Below are positions 12,615-25,345 of a stretch of DNA of 64,000 nt, one piece after another (position 1 is the stretch's first letter; each line of letters begins with the position of its first letter). The position numbers and the translations under genes were made by a program. The stretch lies in NCBI GenBank assembly GCA_002104905.1, contig MCFE01000126.1:96814-160813 (forward strand), written 5' to 3'. The notes under the pieces were generated by a model. That model saw nothing but the letters and a program-made list of their open reading frames with translations, was not told the DNA's origin and made no database searches. This DNA is from Basidiobolus meristosporus CBS 931.73. Lineage: Eukaryota; Fungi; Basidiobolomycota.

Positions 12615-15600
12615 TGTTGTAAAAGTCTTGGAGATTCTGTAAGTGATAAATAGATTATGTGGTTTACACTAAGTCACTCTCTATAGCTTCACATATGAAA
12701 TGATGTCTAATATCTATGTGCTTAGTTCTAGCATGATAAGGTGGATTTTGGCCAGTTGTATACATCCACAATTATCTTGAAATAAAGTCACAGGCATTTT
12801 CTGACATAAGCCCAAATCTAAAGAAAGCTTCCTTAACCACATTGTTTCTTTTGTAGCTTCACAGGCTGCCATATATGCTGCCTCTATGGCAGAAAGTGCT
12901 CAGGTTGATTGCTTTCTTGAATTCCATGATATTGCTCCTTTACAGTAATGAAAGGTGTATCCTGTGGTGGATCTTCTGTCTTCCAAATTTTGTCCCAATC
13001 AGCATCAGAGTATCCCACAATATCCTATTCTGAGTTCTTATAAGTGAATCTTAAGCAGATATCAGCAGCACCTTTTAGGTATCTAAAAATTCACTTTACT
13101 GCTGCAATACAATCAGATCCATAGTTCTGATTATGCTGGCTCACAACTCCCACTGAATATGAGATATCTGGACATGCTCCAAGCATGATATATATCAGAC
13201 TGCTGACCACTGCAGCTGTGGTCAATAGTTACAAACACAGAAAAGTATCTTTGCCTGTACACAAACAAACTTGGGAAAGAATCAAACATAATAAAAGATA
13301 CCTACTCATAGTATTCATCACAAGTAGTGCCTCCAAGATCATTTGGCTGTCAGCGTGGTTTCCTGGGAGTATCCTGTGGTCTGGGGTTGGAAGTTCAGGT
13401 AGCAGCAGGTAGCAGTGATCACACTAATCAACAAGTTGGTATATTGATAAAAGGAATGATAATTTATTGCTGACAGATTGCCTCCCTTGTATACTTTTCT
13501 CACTGGCAAAGTGATTACTAATCATGGTGTTCCAGAAGGTTCTTGTGGCCAAATAGAGATCTTAATGACATCAGAATGGGCTAAGAATATTCTAAGTAGG
13601 TGCAGGAAGGTTGTAAGAGGTACAGCACACCCAACCAATCAGGGATTAGTATTCTTAAACCTATGTAACATAGGGATACCATATATAATATGAAAGTGGT
13701 AGGGATGGTGATGCAGCTTGGTCATGTGTTACAGCTACTGACACAGGTACCTACGTAATAGAGAAGCACTTACATCAAGTAATCTTACATAAAGTGAGCA
13801 AACACATATGCATTAAGATAAGCAGGTGGGATAGTCAGCCAGCTTATGGGATAGCACTGATCAAGAAAGACAAATGGGATAAAACTAACATAATTGTAGT
13901 AAAAAAATAGAGTGGTAGAAAATATGGGAATGAGCACATCTGTCAGTGGGTGTCACTGTTACCCCACAACAGTGGCTATTATAAGACCATCCCCATATAG
14001 AGCTAATAGAGCTGGATTTGCTCTATCTGGCTTATAGTGTATACTATAGTCAGCATTACTCCTTTTGAAACTCAAAAATTCCAAACAAGAGTATATTATG
14101 CAATTCCAGGTTTGTGGTAATTGTTTGAGTCCATATAGACTTTTTAAGCTTGCAGACCAAATGGGAATTATCTTGGTCAACAAATCCATCAGGCTGGTCC
14201 ATTTACATATCCTCATCAGGTTCTCTACTCAAAGATGCAGTTTTTACATCCATTTGATTAATAAAAATTATATTGGGCTGCAATAGCCAATATTAATCTG
14301 ATGGAATTGAGCTTGGTTACCAGTGCAAAGGTCTCAGTAGGATCAAGCCCTTTTGTTGGAGGGTTTCCTTTGGCTGCAGGTCTTGCTTTGTATCTTACAA
14401 TTGTACCATCAGTCTTGTATTTTGTTGCTAAGATCCATCTGCATCCAATTGATTTTAGGTTGATTAGTAATTTGACCAAGTCCCAGCTTTGATTTTCCAT
14501 CAGGGCCTGGTATTCATTAGTCATTGCAGATCTCCAAAACTTTGTCTGAGGGCTATTTAGGGCCTCTTCTACAGTCTGGGGCTTATCAATATGTACTGAC
14601 TAGGCATAGGCTAAGTTTGTAACCTCATTGATATAGTAATTTGGACTATTTCTTGTCCAATAGGATCTCCTTGCATTTGATACTGGAATGATCACTTTTG
14701 GGATATACCTGGGCACTGCTTCAAGCTGAATCATGGCTGTAGAGTCCTCTAGAGTGAAAAACCTTTGTTTTTTTGCACTGATTCAATCCTGACAATTAGT
14801 GGACTTGGGATCAGATTTTTGTCATCATCTGATGTTGTGTTTTGTGAAAATTTGCTTTTTCATCAAACCGCGCATCCCTGGACTTGATTAGCTATGTTAC
14901 TTTGGTATTGTAGAGTCTGTATTCTTCAATTGCATTGAAATAGCCCAAAAATATGCATTTTACACTTTCTGGCTCAAATTTTGCCTGAATTCCAGGCAGT
15001 TTCTTGGCATAAGCTGTACACCCAAATATTCTTAGATGCTTGGCACTTGGTCTGTATCCATACCATGCTTCAAATGGAGTAGAATCACAAAGTATTCTGT
15101 TATAAATCCTATTTCTACGGTGTACAACTGTGGCAACTGATTCCGCCCAAAAATCATGGGATAATATCTGATCATGGATCATAGATCTTGCCATATTATT
15201 TATTGATTTCTTTGCATGTTCTGCTACTCCATTCTGATGAGGGGAGTATGGTAAAGTAGTCTATAGCTTTATCCTGAGAATTTTGTAGAAGTGGAATGAA
15301 CGGGTTTGTGGTATATTCTCCACCATTGTCAGAGCGTATTTTCTGATTTTTTCATCAGTTTCTCTCTCTGCCATGGCTTTAAACTCCCTGAGCTTAGATA
15401 AAGCTTCTTTCTCTCTATGAAGTAGAACCATGTGTATCTTGTATTATTGTCAATAAAAGTCATCAAATATTTCATCTTGCTTAAGGTTAAATTCTGAATA
15501 GGTCCAGACAGATCTGAGTGAATTTGATCTAATTTTGTCTTAGTTTTGATTGACCCAGAACTCTTGAATGGTTGTCTGGCTTGTTTCTCATATATGCAGG

Positions 15601-17300
15601 CTCCACATTGCTCTAAATTAGCTGGGGGAGCAATTTTTACACTGGGAATTATCTGGACTCTGATCATTTTGCACAAATAATCAAAATTGATGTGTCCAAA
15701 TCTCCTGTACCAATGCATTGGTGTTTCTTCACTCAAGTTACTTATATTGGCTTCCAGATATGATGGCATATAAGTTAACTTAAGAAGATTCTGATCTCTG
15801 ATACCTAAAGCAATATGAGCACCATTCTGATCAGAGATCCTGCCTCCAGAATTGTCAGAGCTAAAGCTGAGTCCTTCTGCTGTTGCCTTGCTTACAGACA
15901 GTAGGTTCCTGGCAATTTCTGGTTCATAGAGTACTTCTTTGAGGGTCAGTGTATGGCTTCCCTCACTGCTTCTATGGTTTACTTGGATAGTTCCTTCTCC
16001 CACTGCATCAAGTGTTTTATTGTCACTCATGAAAACTTTCTCAATTGGAATATCTTAATATTGGGTAAAAAGATACTTTTTGGTGTGTAAAGTGTTGAGA
16101 TGCTCCAGAGTCAATACATCAAATCTGCAAATCCTTATTTGTGGTCAAATTTAGTGCAAATATTAATAGCCTATCTTCAGTTGTTGCAGCATTTTCATAG
16201 TCAGGCTTTTTTTGAAGACTATCTCTCTATTTAAAGCACCAGTCTGATGTATGTCCTTTCCTTTTGCAGTAGTTGCACACCAGGTTGCTATTGCCTTGAA
16301 AAGGTCTTGGGTATCTTCTTTGTAGGTTATCATTGCTTATTAGAGCACTCTCTTCTTCCTTCATATTGGCACTTGATTTTCTTAATTTTCATCCGGGAGA
16401 CTTCTGAATATGAAATTTAAGGTCAAATCTTCAGTTCTGGACTCTAGGGCTGATACAAGGCCTGGAAACCTGTCTGTAAGGCTATCTGGGATGGCTACTA
16501 TCACATTTTCATCAGTTGCTGGTATGCCCACATATTCCATCTCATTCACCAGCAGGGTAACTCTGTCTATTAAACTTTGCATTTCTTATCCTGGCAGCAT
16601 CTCTGTAGTAAAGAATTCTTGTCTGGGCTACATTTACTTAGCAGCTGAACATGACTGGTTGATGTCTTCTAATGCCTTAGCAGTATTCTTTGCTGCTTTT
16701 GCTCTTGAGCATTGAATCAGCTACTTGTCTTTGACATTAAGGCAAATGCAGTTAAAGGCACTTTGTTCTTTCTTTTGATACTTTAAAAATTCTTCTCCCA
16801 CATTTTTAGAAGGGCATTATTCTCCCATGACACCAAAGGCCTCTTTCTTGTAGAAGCATCTTTATCCTACCTTCCACACTTGGTAGCTAAGGCCATCCAA
16901 TTTTTGAGCAAAGGGAACAGTTCCAGTAAAAGCAGTAGTCAAAACTGCAGAGAGTGACAGCTTGGGGCTCAAAGCCTTCCATAAGAGTCTTGGTGATAAT
17001 GGAAGTGTTGTATCCAAGAGAAAAGTGTAGTAAAACTCTTGAATGAGTTAGCTGGACCTATGTGACAACTAAGTGCAGAATCTTAGAATTATCATGAGGG
17101 ACATAAATATTAGCAGAGAGGTTCTGGTCTATTATTGGTCTTATATCTAGCTGAGTTGGGCTATTAAGGCGACAGAGTAGGTTTGCTATGTGGGCTAGGC
17201 TTGGTGTTCTTCAGAGTGCTAGATATGCTAAGCTTGAGTAGAAAGTAGAACAGATTTGTTGAATTCTTAATTTTGTTGAGACACACACTAAACAATAAGG
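12615..17300 (-). mobile_element. Degenerate Ty1/copia element (gag, protease, integrase, RT, RNase H)
   Basis: ORF fragments 16382-16582 (gag), 15329-16030 (protease/GAG-pre-integrase), 14892-15194 (integrase), 14258-14524 and 13959-14216 (RT). PBS-like sequence at 16961-16977. A 58-bp LTR end at 12615-12672 is fused to RNase H. Right boundary approximate. Confidence 0.8.
13211..13971 (-). mobile_element. About 760-bp LTR-like repeat (second family) inserted in copia RT
   Basis: TG...CA termini on the minus strand. Inverted homologue at 20729-21488. No TSD, and about 300 bp of host RT is missing at the site. Confidence 0.6.
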
Positions 17301-17796
17301 TTCAGTAAACTTTATTTATACTTTTCTGATTGAGTTGCATTGGTAAGTGCCAAGAGACTGGACTAATTGAAATCTGTTGGGGTGTTCATAGGTGCATAAG
17401 ATAAATAAAAAACTGCATCATTAATCAGCTGATGTCTTGGCAACTGCTAAGTGGTTGGATAAATCTCAGATGACTAATCACTTGGAATGGCTTAGCAGAT
17501 CAGTTGAGGATGTAATGACCACATGAAAGTTGATCAGGTGTGACAGCTAAAAATAGATTCTGAGAAGTGATAAACTCAACCAGAACAGGGATTAGTTATG
17601 CTTGGGTTAGGGAAAATCAGTTAGGGTACTAGATTTTCTAACAGAGTGAAATTGGCCAAGTTTTAAACATTGATGCATAACAGGAAGTGATTGGGAGGAC
17701 AAGAAGATTATGTGGTTTTAACTGAAGTCCTGAACAGTCCAAATCCCATCACAGCTAATAAGAATTACCAACAAGGAAACAGCTGCTTTCATAAAA

Positions 17797-18116
17797 CACT
17801 AAGAAAAAAATTGAGAAAAGGCCAGCAAAATACCATCATAGTGTCAGCTGAATTCCAAGTTTCTCAAAATTGACAACTCTCAATATCTCTGTTCTTAGCC
17901 AATGGGCAGGCAAGTAAACAAGTTCTCCAGGTGGAGACTAGGCAAACTAGAATCCATGCCAAATTTGGTAATTGGCTGCCCATTACTTCCATCAAAGATG
18001 GCATTTAATATTTTGAACCTGAAACACCAGCTCAATACCAGCAAAATACCATTAGAATACCAGCAGAATAACAGCTAAAAATCATGTGAGTTCCAAGTTT
18101 GAGATTTTTCATAGGG
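17797..18116. mobile_element. 320-bp CACTA-type MITE
   Basis: CACTAAGAAAAA...TTTTTCATAGGG termini, AAA flanks on both sides, subterminal AATACCAGC repeats. It interrupts sequence that is contiguous at about 541-580. Homologue at 43731-44050. Confidence 0.75.
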
Positions 18117-18988
18117 AAAAGTTGGAAATGGAGCCAGCTGAGCTACACTCCAGTGAGGTAAATGAGTTTGCAGAGAAGGGCAATTTGTCTACCATAGCCT
18201 CCACATCATCATTGTTGACAAAGTGGAGACCCAACCAACAGACAAAGTAACAACTTCTAGAACTCCAAAGGTTATTATACTGCCATCAGTGGAATTTTGG
18301 AACATTAATAGGCTTACCAAGAGGTTGCAGCACTTCTTCAACAGCAGTGCTCATGAAAATATACTTGAATACTACAAGGATTTATTGCAAAGACTGGCAC
18401 ATGAAGTGCTAGACCTTGCAGTGCTGGCTGATGACCAGGATGTATGGGAACCAGTGAATTAACAGTGGCACAAAGCTGTAGGGCTCCTGCCAAAGTCATG
18501 AAAGCAGAGTGTTAGGGCTGAAATACTTATTGAGTGGTGGAATTTAACCAAGTTACTTGTTGAGTGTGAGATTGGGCATAATGTGAGTGTAGGGTATAGG
18601 GACTTGTATAGGTCAATACAATTGGCAACTGAGGTACAACTGAAGTGTCAATGGAAATAAATCAGCTTGTATGCATGAAAAGCAAGAGAAACAGTTGAGT
18701 CAGGAAGTAAGGGGTGTGAAAAAGAAGCAATTGCCAATCAATGCACACAGACTTAGGAGGTGATAGAGTGTCTGCAATCAGAAAGTGAGAAAATTGGCAG
18801 AGAACCAATCAAATGCAACTTTTGGATTGTTGTAATGACAAATTTGGACCAAGTTTGTTGTGAAATCTGGGATGAATTATTTTTTGAGTGTTTGCACAGT
18901 GTTCTGATGGGATCAATACCTCTTAGTCACTGGACTTTAATTTTGTGACAGCTTTTTGACAGGATCATTACAATAACTTTCCATAGGG
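18117..18988 (-). mobile_element. Second copy of the CACTA/CMC end seen at 540-1439
   Basis: Colinear similarity to about 565-1439. Ends in TTTCCATAGGG. Confidence 0.55.
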
Positions 18989-18999
18989 AGCTACTAAAA

Positions 19000-19980
19000 A
19001 TCAATTGAATGTCAATGGGTTAGCAAGGCAATGTACAAGGCTGATGGTATATATGAAAGATATGAAGTAAGACTAGTGACCAAAGAATACTCTGAAACCA
19101 AAGGACTGGACTACATGGAAACCTTTGCACTGGTAGCCAAGTATAATTCCAACAAGCTACTATTGGCTATCACTGCTTGATATTAGTTTTGTATTCATCA
19201 AGTGGATATAATGACAGCATTTTGAATAGGGAACTTGATGAGCACAAGTACATGAACAAACCTGATGGGTTTGTTGGCCCAGACAGTCCCCATTTGTTCT
19301 GCAAGCATGAAAGATATTTATATGATCTTAAGAAATCCAAAGAACCTGGAGCTGCAAGATAGATTCAATTAAAAGTCCATGAGTCTCCATAGATTTGCTG
19401 GTGACCTCAGTATCTACTATATGCCAGATAGTGCAAGCTCATCTTTATTAGCTCTATATGTGGGTGATCTTATTATAGCCATTCATAACTCAATAATGTT
19501 GGAAGAGACCAAATCCAGCCCATCTAAGGAGCTCAAGATGTCAAATCTAGGACCGCTTAGTTACAACTTACAGACAGAGCTCTCCATAGATAGTGGTACC
19601 CAGACCATCACTTCAAGCCAGTCCTAATGTATTCAAAATATATGTGTTAAATTTGTGATTGCACCTATATATATTCATCAAGTCTAGTTATTAAGATTAT
19701 TGCCTACAAGACTTAGAGAATTCTGAGCAAATCCATTGTTGGGATTTAAACCAAATATTTTAACTAATACATCAGGTACCCAGGTAATGGAATTTGTCAA
19801 GGTTGGGGATTTTTAAACAACTTTGAGAATGATCATAATCTGGGTACCTGATAATTTGGTTAAAATATTCTAAGTAAATCCCTACTAGAAATTTGGTCAG
19901 GACAGAATGCTAATCAAACAATAAGATCTATATGAATAAGTTGGCATGAATATTTTGGTGACAACTTAATAATTACAACA
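19000..19980. mobile_element. Copia RT fragment (+) followed by fused plus and minus LTR fragments
   Basis: RT remnants (ggactggactacatggaaacctttgca). LTR pieces at about 19690-19980 end in TTACAACA followed by CTCCCACT (PPT reverse complement). Confidence 0.55.
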
Positions 19981-20728
19981 CTCCCACTTAACAAAACACT
20001 CATGAACATAAATACAAATTGAGAGTGTGCAAGCTGTAATAAATGTATAAGATATAACAGTGTTACATACTGGACTAATGTACTATCAAAAGTATATGCA
20101 TTTATGTTGAACTTAATTGAACAAGAAACTTGTAATTCAGAGTGCATATCTACTTAATAGTATGCCTAAGAATCAGAATGATTTGATCAGAATACTAATC
20201 ATTAGCTTTGATCAGTTTTACAGGCTTGAATAATAATCTCAGTTTAATTGTCAGATTGTAATAATAATACATAGCCTCTGGGCTATCCAATGCTTCTTAT
20301 TTGAGCAAAGCAGATCCACTTTTGGTAAAGTTTAGGTTTTGTCATTTATGGTGGATCTGGAGTTTCCTTATTTCTGGGCAAAAGTCTAACTCTTTTAGTC
20401 AGCTCTACTGTATGTCCGTATTAGGCTCAGGGACAGTTACTTCCATCACATAGACTCTATATGAGGTAAAAGAAATGACCTATATTGGATCAAGCTAAGG
20501 TTTTGTCATTTACGCCTGATACAGATTATCTTCATTTTATGGCATTACAGCACATACAACATGGCCAAAAAAATAAAGTTTTTTTGCTCAACTCTGAGCT
20601 GGGATGGCTTGTTCCCACTTGAATCACATCTGTTTAGTGATGCAGTACCACAAAAAAGATCTAGAGTGGTCATCTTTGTCTTCCTTAAGTAGAATCAACT
20701 CTCTATGGACTGATTACTTCATTTACAG

Positions 20729-21488
20729 TGTAGTGGGATCACAGAGACACCCACTGACAGATGTGCTCATTCCCATATTTTCTACTTCCCTATTTCTCTA
20801 CTACACTTATTTTAGTTTTATCCCATTTGTCTTACCTGATCAGTGCTATCCCATAGGCTGGGTGACAATCACACCTGCTTACCGTATTGCATAAGTTATC
20901 CCTCACTTTATGTAAGATTACTAGCTGTAAGTGCTTCTATATTAGGCCACTACCTGCACCAGTACCCATGACACATGATCAACCCATGTCACCATCCCTA
21001 CCATTTCCATACCATATATGGTATCCCTATGTTACACAGGCTTCAGAGTACTGGTTCCTGATTGGTTGGATGTACTGTGCCTGTTAGAACCTTCTGGCAC
21101 CTACTTAGAATACTCTTAGCTCATTCTGATGTCATTAAGATTTCTATTGATCTCCAGAACCTTCTGGAACACCATGATTAGTAATCACTTAGTCAGTGAG
21201 AAAAGTATATATGGGAGGCAATCCCTCAACAATAAATCATCTTCCCTTTTATCAATATACCAACATGTTGATTAGTGTGATAACTGCTACCTGCTGCTAC
21301 CTGAACTTCCAACCCCAGACCACAGGACACTCCCAGGAAACCATGCTGACAGCCAACTGACCTTGGAGGCACTACTTGTGAAGAATACTTAGAGTAAGTA
21401 CCTATTATTATATTTCATTCTTTCCCAAGTTTGTTTGTGTACAGGCAAAGATACTTTTCTGTCTTTGTAACTATTGACCTTGGCTGCA
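20729..21488 (+). mobile_element. About 760-bp LTR-like repeat (second family)
   Basis: TGTAGTGGG...GCTGCA. Reverse complement homologue of 13211-13971. Confidence 0.6.
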
Positions 21489-21799
21489 TTCTTATCAAGT
21501 CCCTGCTGGTGGAGTTTACAGTTGTTTGACTTTGGAAGCTTTAGTACATTGTCATCTCAAAGGACACTGAACCCAGCACATATTATTGTTAAGACACCAA
21601 CTAAGTTGGGGATTGTAGCTCAATAGTTTTCCCTTGACAAGCTTGTGGCTTTGTTCCCCATCACATTAGATTAGAGACAGAACCCAAGTATTCCTAGCAA
21701 GCTTTTGCCAGAGGTTATTGCACCCAGTTAACACCCCACACACAAAACACTTAAGAGGTGTTGGACATATCTCTCCCTTGGACTTATACACCATCACAA

Positions 21800-23300
21800 C
21801 AGTAGATTTAAAGTCCATTTGCTTCTTGATATACCCAGATTGGTATCAGAAAGTACCATAGGTTGTTTGGTAGCTATTTTTAGGGTGTTTTTACTGATTT
21901 GGATTGATACAGCTGCTTTTGTCTTATCAGAATACACTTGTAGAGTAGAAACTAGAGCTTTTCTGGAAGTGAGATTCTCCTCAACCAGAGCTTTGATTAT
22001 CCTTATTCTCCTGATAGTTATTTTCAACCTTGAGCTCAATTTGCAAGGCTAGCTGATCTTCTAGTGTCTTCAGAGTCCATAAAAATCATCTGGTTGATCC
22101 TTGCACCTTTTTCTATCAGCTCCATAGGCAGCAGACATCAAGACTTCTGCTTTAGCTAATCTGCTCAATATATACTATAATATCTGAAAGATCTTATTGA
22201 AGTTTCAAGGCTCTTCTGGGGTTTCTGGCTTAAGAGCTTTGTTTAAAAGGCTCCATGGAACATATCTGCATTCCCCAATAGTCCAAATATAGCATACATA
22301 GGCTTTGGCTCCATTAGGGAAGTACCCTAGTTTGCAGTAGCTGTATTTTCCCATTTTTCTTCTATTTCTTTTCCTGCCAATAATCCAAGGGAAAATCCTT
22401 TTGTAGGATGGTTCTGGACCTTCTTACAGGTGAGACCACAGTGTGGTTGAGCATAGAAGACCTCATGACATCATTGGTCCAGAATATTTAACTATTTGAG
22501 TGTGGTATAGTGAAAATTGGCATCCACTTAGAACAATCATAACTTCTGATAGAGTTGACCAAATTTGATCAAATAAGCTGCATTTGAAAGCTAGTTGCAT
22601 CAGTGCTTTGGTATCAGACTCTAATATATCCGCTTTTGAGTGGCAGAGCTTAGCAGTGACTTGACCAATCACAATTCTCTTGATCTGATACAAAGAATCA
22701 AATGTTACCTAGTGTTTTCTCCCACTGTAATAAGTGATACACATCTAGCAGCTATAAAGTACTGTGTTATCTTGTGTTTGACTTCTAGTTGTATACTGGC
22801 CAACTATTGCTTGGTTGTATACTCCAGTTAGGCTTGAAATTATTTGCTTCACTCTTTCTGGCTGGTGGTGGAATCTACTTAAGTTAATTTTGCTAAATTT
22901 GTATAATACTTTCTCCCACTGTTTTGAGACTTAAGCAGAGAGATAGCATGTCTAACAGCTCCATATTTAGCTCCTGGTACATTGGTGTCAGTATCCAAAC
23001 ACTTGATACAAATATAGCATTCCTCCATTGGACTGTGTAGCACATATCTGTACTCCAGGTGGATTAATGTGTATTATATATCATTGGGATCCTTAAAGTT
23101 CAGGGAGCTTGTTTCTGGGATCTTTTTCTATTAATTGGTAGTCCAAAATGGTGGTTAACAGCTCCAGTATTTGTGTTCTCAGCCTTATTTTGGGTGGCAA
23201 CAGATATGGTAAAATCTTCCTCTGGCAATCATTCAATAATGATCTAAGTTTTTTGTGGGAATTCAGGATAATATCCTATCTAAAAGCTTATCTAACAGTC
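21800..23300 (-). mobile_element. Possible decayed DIRS/Ngaro-like RT-RNase H
   Basis: Minus-strand translation near 22870-23000 gives KYGAVRHAISLLKSQNSGRKYYTNLAKL, resembling the DIRS RT stretch before AKxDL. VYSDKTKAAVSI (ORF 21794-22039) resembles RNase H SDN. Very degraded. Confidence 0.3.
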
Positions 23301-23663
23301 AATTGAGGTCATATGAATACATATAGCAATATATTTCATTGTAGGTCTGGACCCTCAATTGCTGGAATTATGCAATCTTCTTCAGCAGTGGTAGAGCACC
23401 AACATATTATATATCTTGACATACTTACATGTCAGCATGATGGACTCTCCTTCATAACTAGCTTGAGTAGTTACTGAATGAGTCTTTTGATGGCAAGGCC
23501 TTCTTGTCCACAGCAATATCCTCATGAACATAGTCCTTTTAGCAGCAGTAGTCATCTTTAACTTTAGCAGAGCAATAGTGCAGAATGTCTTTCTCCAGAC
23601 TAGCAGAAAAGGATCCAAGGCAAAGTAGATACCTAGAGGACAGCAAGCTTGGGGCTTGTAGCC

Positions 23664-24011
23664 TGTCTCAATATTCTGAGAGGTATTGGAAGTGATGTGG
23701 AGAACTAGAGGATTTACATATTTTTCACCTGTGGATTTATTGATCAAAAGTATGGTATTTATACTTTTGATAAAGTAGAGCAGACAAACTTGTAGGGTTT
23801 GTTATGAAAGCTCCCAAGAATATGTGTGCAAAGTTTGGGGGCTCTGGGACAACTTTGAGAAAGCTCATAATCTTGGTACCTGGTAATTTGGTGAAGATAA
23901 TCTAAGTAAATCCCCACAAGAAATTTGGTCAGGACAGAATACTAGTCAAAGAATAAGATCTATGTGACTAAGTTAGCATGAATATTTAGGTGACAACTTA
24001 ATAATTACAAC
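23664..24011 (-). mobile_element. Copia 5' LTR (348 bp) with PBS-like site at about 23645-23663; truncated plus-strand LTR follows at 24012-24315
   Basis: Similar to the other LTR copies. Ends TTACAACA at 24011. The minus strand reads AGGCTACAAGCCCC next to it. Confidence 0.7.
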
Positions 24012-25345
24012 AGCTTAGTCACTTATATCTTAGTCCACAATTCTTAAAGTGCTCTGCCCTGATTTCCTGTTGGGATTTACCAAGAACATTCACCAAGTAT
24101 TAGGTACCCAGGAGATGAAAAACCCCAATGCTGTCCAAAAAGCCCCAAGCTTTGCACTTATGCTCTTGGGTCCTTCCCAAGCATATTCTACAGGTTTGAT
24201 TTGCTAAGATCATGTAAGACCATGATTACCACTATTATATTGAATTAATCATTGAGTAAGAATCACATGATCTACTTGTCCCAATCACTTCCATCAACTT
24301 CAAAACTCCGACAACTAAATATCCTTGTTATTATTGTGGGGCTTGTACTGGCCTATGCCCTTACTTCTGACTTGCCGAAAGGCGATTGAGCATCTTGAGG
24401 CTCAGGAGCTTGCGTGAAGTTTGAGGGATATTACAAAAGACTGAGTAAACCGGATGTATTCATTTGATCTTCACCTAGTGATATGCTGACTGGTGTGGTT
24501 GTGTCGATAAATCTCCAAGGTCTTGGAATGGCAGACATGTAGAATCAGTTGATGCAAATATTTCGGTGTAATCCGAAATCCACCACGTATCCATCCGGTG
24601 GCTCAAAGTCCCAGCCGAGTAGACACCGCTGCGTGTGAGTGTTCCGGAGTTCAAGCACATTTATTGCCTGACCCGTAGGTATAGGACGTCAAGTAAAGTA
24701 TGCGTCCGTTATTTTCCGGTCTTTGCATGATCGGTGGTACTTGCCTGGCGCCCGATCACGGTAGTAGGAGGATGTTCAAGTCAGCGTGGATCAAGTGTTG
24801 CAAACCATTCACGAGTTATCTCGGTATCCTAACGATGTGCATACTGTGGAATCCCCTCCGACGACCAACGAATCCTGGGCTTGTAGTCCGGGTGATCGAG
24901 GCCGAACAGAGTCGCTCTGTGCAGAAGTACTTCTCCTTGGGTTTCTTTCGCCTCAACTCGCTAACAAGCATGAATCTGTCCACCGCAGTCCAGGATCCAT
25001 GCCATCCGCATATAGCCATCCACATATAGAACTGAACCCTAGAAATCCCACGCCTTGGACTTCCTACTGGTGCTTGCTCGACTAACCAAAACATACCATT
25101 CAGGACCAGATAGGTGAGGCCGATTGGTGGACCAAGTGTCCACGTCCGTTCATTGGAGGGGGAGAATTTTTTCGGCGGCTCTTCGGGGGGAACCAATGAT
25201 AGATGGTTTATGTGGATGTGGATGGTTTATTTGTCTAGTATAATCACAACGGGTGGGTATGGCGGTATCTTAATACATTTAGTGGTGATAGTGGCGGCGG
25301 CGGTGACGGTTGGAGACAGGGACGAGGGGATGTACAGGTGGGAAG

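Noticed and set aside
24370-25200. Several overlapping short ORFs in CpG-rich sequence
   Set aside because: Possibly a gene remnant, but no frame or splice model gave a recognisable protein.
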